A stretch of 62,682 nt of DNA, the filler included, from Gemmatimonadota bacterium (GTDB lineage: Bacteria; 4572-55; J002): the NCBI GenBank assembly GCA_003697105.1. It is 5 parts of 5 records of this genome, joined end to end, with 100 filler letters (N's around TTAATTAATTAA, not from the genome) between each part and the next. Parts side by side here need not be neighbours in the genome. Positions count along the whole stretch, not along the records: positions 57,023 to 62,682 come from RFFQ01000084.1; 4 more parts are not named here. One strand, written 5' to 3'. How positions within the stretch are numbered: the stretch's first letter is position 1; the number at the start of each line of letters is the position of its first letter. A model generated the notes under the pieces. It was not told the origin of the DNA. It saw only the letters and a list, made by a program, of their open reading frames with translations, and did no database searches. Positions 58,978 to 62,682 of this stretch are shown here, piece by piece. Position numbers and translations under genes: made by a program.

Positions 58978-61011
58978 ATGCAACCTATTCACGTGTACAA
59001 ATACGTCCAATCAGATTCACGAAACGGCATCTTATTTTGCCACACAGACCCGGGAGAGCGTAACGATAGCCAATCCACGGTGGTCCTGGTGAAAAGCAAA
59101 AATACAGATCGCGTGCATCAAATTGCGGCGATCATCGCGTACCGCACCTTTTTGCAGGAATATTATTCCATGCAAGTAATTCGTACCGGTAAATCACGCA
59201 TAGATGCGGCGCTCCGGGCGATCAACACTGCCTTGCACCGATTTTATACGATCAACAAAATTAAAGAGCCTGCCGATATTCACCTCTGCGCCATCACGCA
59301 TGACCGCAATCGTGTTGCCACCTTCAGTAATAACGGGTTTATGGTGGGTACCCTACGGCATCAAATATTTCAGCGAGTGCCTACCACCCCTCACACCGTG
59401 ATGCCGCGCTTTGGGGAGTCCCGCGATGAGATATTTGAAAGTGCAGTGACCCCGCTTCGTAATGGCGATCTGATTTTTGTCGCCTCTCATAAACAACTGG
59501 AAGATATACTCCGGGAAAAAATTCAACAGGATACCGGAAAAGACCCAATTGGTGCGATTTTCAACGGGCTGGATCCGAAAATCGATGAGCTAAATGCCGA
59601 TCAAAATCTCGCTTTGGTGGCGTTAAAAGTGACGGAAACCGTCACTAAAGTGGCTCCCCCATTCGTGACGGCGTCAATACCGGTCCAAAAACATTCCCCT
59701 TTCAAAAAGCATAAACCGGCTAAGCGACGAACCCTCCAGTTACCGAAATTTTCATTGCCCCGTATCCCTTTGCCGGAACGCCCCCAATGGACGATACCGG
59801 AGGCATTCCGTCCCCAGATACAACAGTGGGGGATAATTGGTATGAGTGCCATGATCATACTTTTAGTTGCGGTTATGGCAATCCGCACAGCGGCAGAACG
59901 AACAACAGGGGACCCAACCCAAATTGCCGGACTTTCCACGAGCCCGCCCGCATCCTTTTTAGATACACCTGTGTCTCGATCTGACCCACCTCCAGCCCAA
60001 CACTCCGAACCTGCTGTAACCGTACCGGCTTATAATCCGGGTGAAGAAATATGGGTATATGGGGCACCGAAATCCGTTTCTTCCTCACCCATTGTGCGCC
60101 ATGGCAATGTGTATGTGGGTTGTAAAGATAATTATTTGTATGCCCTGGACTATCACACCGGAGAAATCAAGTGGCGGGTGAAAACTGGTGGAGGCATCGG
60201 TTCCTCACCGGCAGTTTCGGGAGACCGGGTGTATGTGGGGTCTTACGATGGGTATCTTTATTGCGTTCAAGCCGTTCGTGGGGATGTCCTTTGGAAGTTC
60301 CGTACCCAAGAAAAGATTGTCTCTTCACCGGTGGTTCATCAGGGTTTAGTCTATATCGGATCATTTGATAACACTCTTTATGCGATTCGTGAAAGAGACG
60401 GACAACAACAGTGGAAGTTTTCTACCAAAGGGGATATCTGGGCAACCCCGGTTGTGGATGCAGAAAAGGTCTATCTTGCCTCTTTTGATGGCTTTGTGTA
60501 TGCCCTCAATCGGGAGGATGGTCAGTTAGAATGGAAATATCAAGTCGGGGACGAAATTTATTCTTCCCCCGAAATTGTGGGACAACTTCTATTTTTGGGG
60601 TCGCGTAACCACTATTTGTATGCCTTGAGCACCATTGACGGGAAAGAAATGTGGAAATTCAAGACCAAAGGTAAGATTTATGCCTCGCCCAAAGTGTGGA
60701 ATGGCATGGTGTATGTGGGTAGTAACGCGGGTATTTTCTATGCCGTGGAAGCTGTTAGCGGCGCGGAACAGTGGCAATTTAGTCTAGGTCGGGAAGTCCC
60801 GATCCGGAGTCGAGCCACCATTGAGGGAGGTGTGGTTTATTTTACAGCATACGATCATTATCTGTATGCCGTGGATGCTTATTCGGGGAATCTACTCTGG
60901 AAATATCAAGCGGATAGCGAGATTTATTCCTCGCCAGCGATTGCCGGAAACCGATTGTACTTCGGGTCTTTAAACGGCACGTTGTATGCTCTCAATGCGG
61001 CAACCCCTTAA
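58978..61011 (+). CDS. Bitopic protein: degenerate PP2C-like N-terminal domain, TM helix, PQQ-like (BamB/AfsK-type) beta-propeller
   Basis: LRNGDLIFVAS and N.ALVALKV resemble PP2C fold strands; one TM at ~290-310; eight SSP.V..G.VYVGS.D..LYA....G...WKF repeats. Confidence 0.8.
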   Translation: MQPIHVYKYVQSDSRNGILFCHTDPGERNDSQSTVVLVKSKNTDRVHQIAAIIAYRTFLQEYYSMQVIRTGKSRIDAALRAINTALHRFYTINKIKEPADIHLCAITHDRNRVATFSNNGFMVGTLRHQIFQRVPTTPHTVMPRFGESRDEIFESAVTPLRNGDLIFVASHKQLEDILREKIQQDTGKDPIGAIFNGLDPKIDELNADQNLALVALKVTETVTKVAPPFVTASIPVQKHSPFKKHKPAKRRTLQLPKFSLPRIPLPERPQWTIPEAFRPQIQQWGIIGMSAMIILLVAVMAIRTAAERTTGDPTQIAGLSTSPPASFLDTPVSRSDPPPAQHSEPAVTVPAYNPGEEIWVYGAPKSVSSSPIVRHGNVYVGCKDNYLYALDYHTGEIKWRVKTGGGIGSSPAVSGDRVYVGSYDGYLYCVQAVRGDVLWKFRTQEKIVSSPVVHQGLVYIGSFDNTLYAIRERDGQQQWKFSTKGDIWATPVVDAEKVYLASFDGFVYALNREDGQLEWKYQVGDEIYSSPEIVGQLLFLGSRNHYLYALSTIDGKEMWKFKTKGKIYASPKVWNGMVYVGSNAGIFYAVEAVSGAEQWQFSLGREVPIRSRATIEGGVVYFTAYDHYLYAVDAYSGNLLWKYQADSEIYSSPAIAGNRLYFGSLNGTLYALNAATP

Positions 61012-61046
61012 AAATTTATGGCCTCATTCATAAGGCACCTCCGACG

Positions 61047-61088
61047 AAACGCCGAGTCCTGAAGTAGAGTGCAGGGCTTGGCGTTTTT
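61047..61088 (+). terminator. Intrinsic terminator of the PQQ-propeller gene
   Basis: AAACGCCGAGTCCTG...CAGGGCTTGGCGTTT stem with T-tail. Confidence 0.65.
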
Positions 61089-61133
61089 CGGTTTAAAATG
61101 GCAAGATGCGATATATCCCAAGATACCATCCAT

Positions 61134-61168
61134 AAAAAACCCGCTTTATCCCAACGGATAAAGCGGGT
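61134..61168 (-). terminator. Intrinsic terminator of the DUF1573-like gene
   Basis: ACCCGCTTTATCC-CAAC-GGATAAAGCGGGT perfect 13-bp stem, followed by a T-run on the minus strand. Confidence 0.75.
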
Positions 61169-61271
61169 AAATTCATCATCACACTATCGATTACGGTTCT
61201 GTCGGGACCTAGGTACTTCTCCCAGACCCAGACTTCAGATACATCCTTACTGCAAACTTGACAAACTATAT

Positions 61272-62027
61272 TTACTTTTGAGTGTTTTGACCCGTAGGAG
61301 TTACTTCCTCCACCCGACCATAGGTACGGACTTGCACCGATTTTTGCGAACCATCTTTATTTTTGAGATTCGTGATCGGAATGTTGATAAAACCACTCAA
61401 AATCCGGCGATCCATGTTTTTAGGGTGAAATGTTCCCGTTATTTTCATGCTTTCACCGGGTTTCAGTTCGGTTTTTTCGATCACTACTTTCAGATCGGCA
61501 CTGGGGGAAACCGGCTCTCCCAACTGAATCGTCTTTTGGGTGCGGTTTGTCAACGTAACTTCTGCCGTTGCTTCCGTCCCAACTTTTACCAATTGAAAGT
61601 TTAAATACGAAGGACTCACATCATACGGAACAATGACCGTCCCTTCCATCGCAAATTGAAACGACGGATTGTCCGGATCGTTCGTCGTAACCGTAATCGA
61701 TTTTCGTTGATGGTTTTTCTTATGAGCTGTTTTGAAGGTTGCCGTAATTTCTCCAACCCCACCGGGGTGGATTTTGTCAGCCGAAGCCAACGCTGCGGTA
61801 CACCCTCAGCTGCCTTTGACGTTGAAGATCTCTAACGTATCGTCACCGGTGTTTTTGAAGCGAAAAATATGCGTGACATTTTCGCCTTCCATCACCTCAC
61901 CGAACTTATAGGTGACATCACCTACCGGTTCGAATTTAGGAGCGGCAACACCGACAGAGACGACCGCAAAGACCAGCACTAAGCAGAGCAAGCCGGTAAT
62001 CCCAGCGCGAGCGATGCTGTGCTTCAT
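61272..62027 (-). CDS. Secreted DUF1573-like protein with in-frame TGA (61806-61808), putative selenoprotein, ~251 aa
   Basis: The two listed ORFs are in the same frame and separated only by TGA: ...FRFKNTGDDTLEIFNVKGS-TGA-GCTAALASADKIHPGGVGEI...TVTTNDP. The family motif is SCGCT. GAGGAG lies 9 nt before ATG 62027. Confidence 0.75.
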
Positions 62028-62204
62028 GATAAACATCTCCTCAGTTGAAAATGAAAAAAATTAGTGAATTAAAACAATGATGCATCGGGGAAAATAATAC
62101 GTCCCCCCCTTAGATGCAAGTGTTAATATAGACGAAAGTTACCTGCCCAGCTTGCACCGCAAAGATAATAATACGATCAAGAAAGAGTAACGTTTGTGTC
62201 CCCT

Positions 62205-62682
62205 TTACCGGAGTAACACCATTGATTTCATCTGGATTGTCTGCTCCGTTTGCAATTGAGACACATATACCCCCGATGGGACTGCCATACCCTGCGCATC
62301 GTTGCCGTTCCACTCCACCGTGTGATACCCGGCTGGGGTGGATTCTTGAATCAGCGTTGTGACCAAGCGCCCGTCAATGGTGTAAATCGAAAGATTCACG
62401 TTCGCCTCGTGGGGTAAGTCAAAGCGGATGGTGGTTTTGGGGTTAAATGGGTTCGGATATGCCGCATAGAGTGTGATCTGTTGCGGCACGGCGACCGTCT
62501 CCTGAATCCACTTGACCGGCTGTTCGTTGATCTGCCCGGAGCGGATCGCCAGATTGGCGAGATTCCCCAAACGGAGCAAATCGGGGGTGGTTAGGGGTGT
62601 CACACCGAAGGCACCGACCCGCCACTGATTTTCGACCCGATTGATTGCCAGTTGCCAATTTGCCGGCACACTGGGGGCGAGG
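62205..62682 (-). CDS. C-terminal part of a secreted protein with FlgD-Ig / T9SS-type-A-like sorting domain (5' end outside the window)
   Basis: YPNPFNPKTTIRFDLP...IYTIDGRLVTTL...GYHTVEWNG...VPSGVY...KSMVLLR. Confidence 0.85.
   Translation of the reverse strand, partial: LAPSVPANWQLAINRVENQWRVGAFGVTPLTTPDLLRLGNLANLAIRSGQINEQPVKWIQETVAVPQQITLYAAYPNPFNPKTTIRFDLPHEANVNLSIYTIDGRLVTTLIQESTPAGYHTVEWNGNDAQGMAVPSGVYVSQLQTEQTIQMKSMVLLR

Noticed and set aside
61806-61808. Genome-wide UGA reassignment (code 4 or 25)
   Set aside because: Many intact genes end in TGA at the expected family C-terminus, and no other gene examined needs read-through.
1-62682. tRNA, rRNA or prophage genes
   Set aside because: None were recognised by eye; tRNAscan-SE and barrnap were not run.

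Overview
Bacterial DNA in the standard genetic code, made of five segments joined by four identical 100-nt artificial linkers (44 N + TTAATTAATTAA + 44 N), so gene adjacency across the linkers is not evidence of linkage. The YPNPFNP/FlgD-type C-terminal domain, CARDB, FG-GAP and DUF5683-like proteins suggest an FCB-superphylum lineage (inference). Metabolic and envelope genes: anmK, 2-oxoacid dehydrogenase E1 alpha/beta, M16 peptidase, ALDH7, gmhB, a WcaJ-like transferase, pyrD and an acyl-CoA dehydrogenase. Also present: two tandem CLC paralogs, several very large secreted repeat proteins, an IS110 remnant and a truncated DNA methyltransferase. Best leads: (1) a secreted DUF1573-like protein split by an in-frame TGA exactly at the first Cys of its SCGC motif (S-U-G-C), a candidate selenoprotein missed by the ORF track; (2) an archaeal-type GatE in a bacterium, with no gatD in the window; (3) a 1715-aa cation-chloride cotransporter fused to a P-loop ATPase and winged helix, coupled to a small MscS and preceded by an 8-9-nt tandem repeat; (4) GATC-dense tandem hairpins upstream of the IS110 remnant; (5) many D-(S/T)-hydrophobic motifs, resembling the Bacteroidota O-glycosylation sequon, in exported proteins. 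All family calls come from motif recognition by eye; no searches were run.
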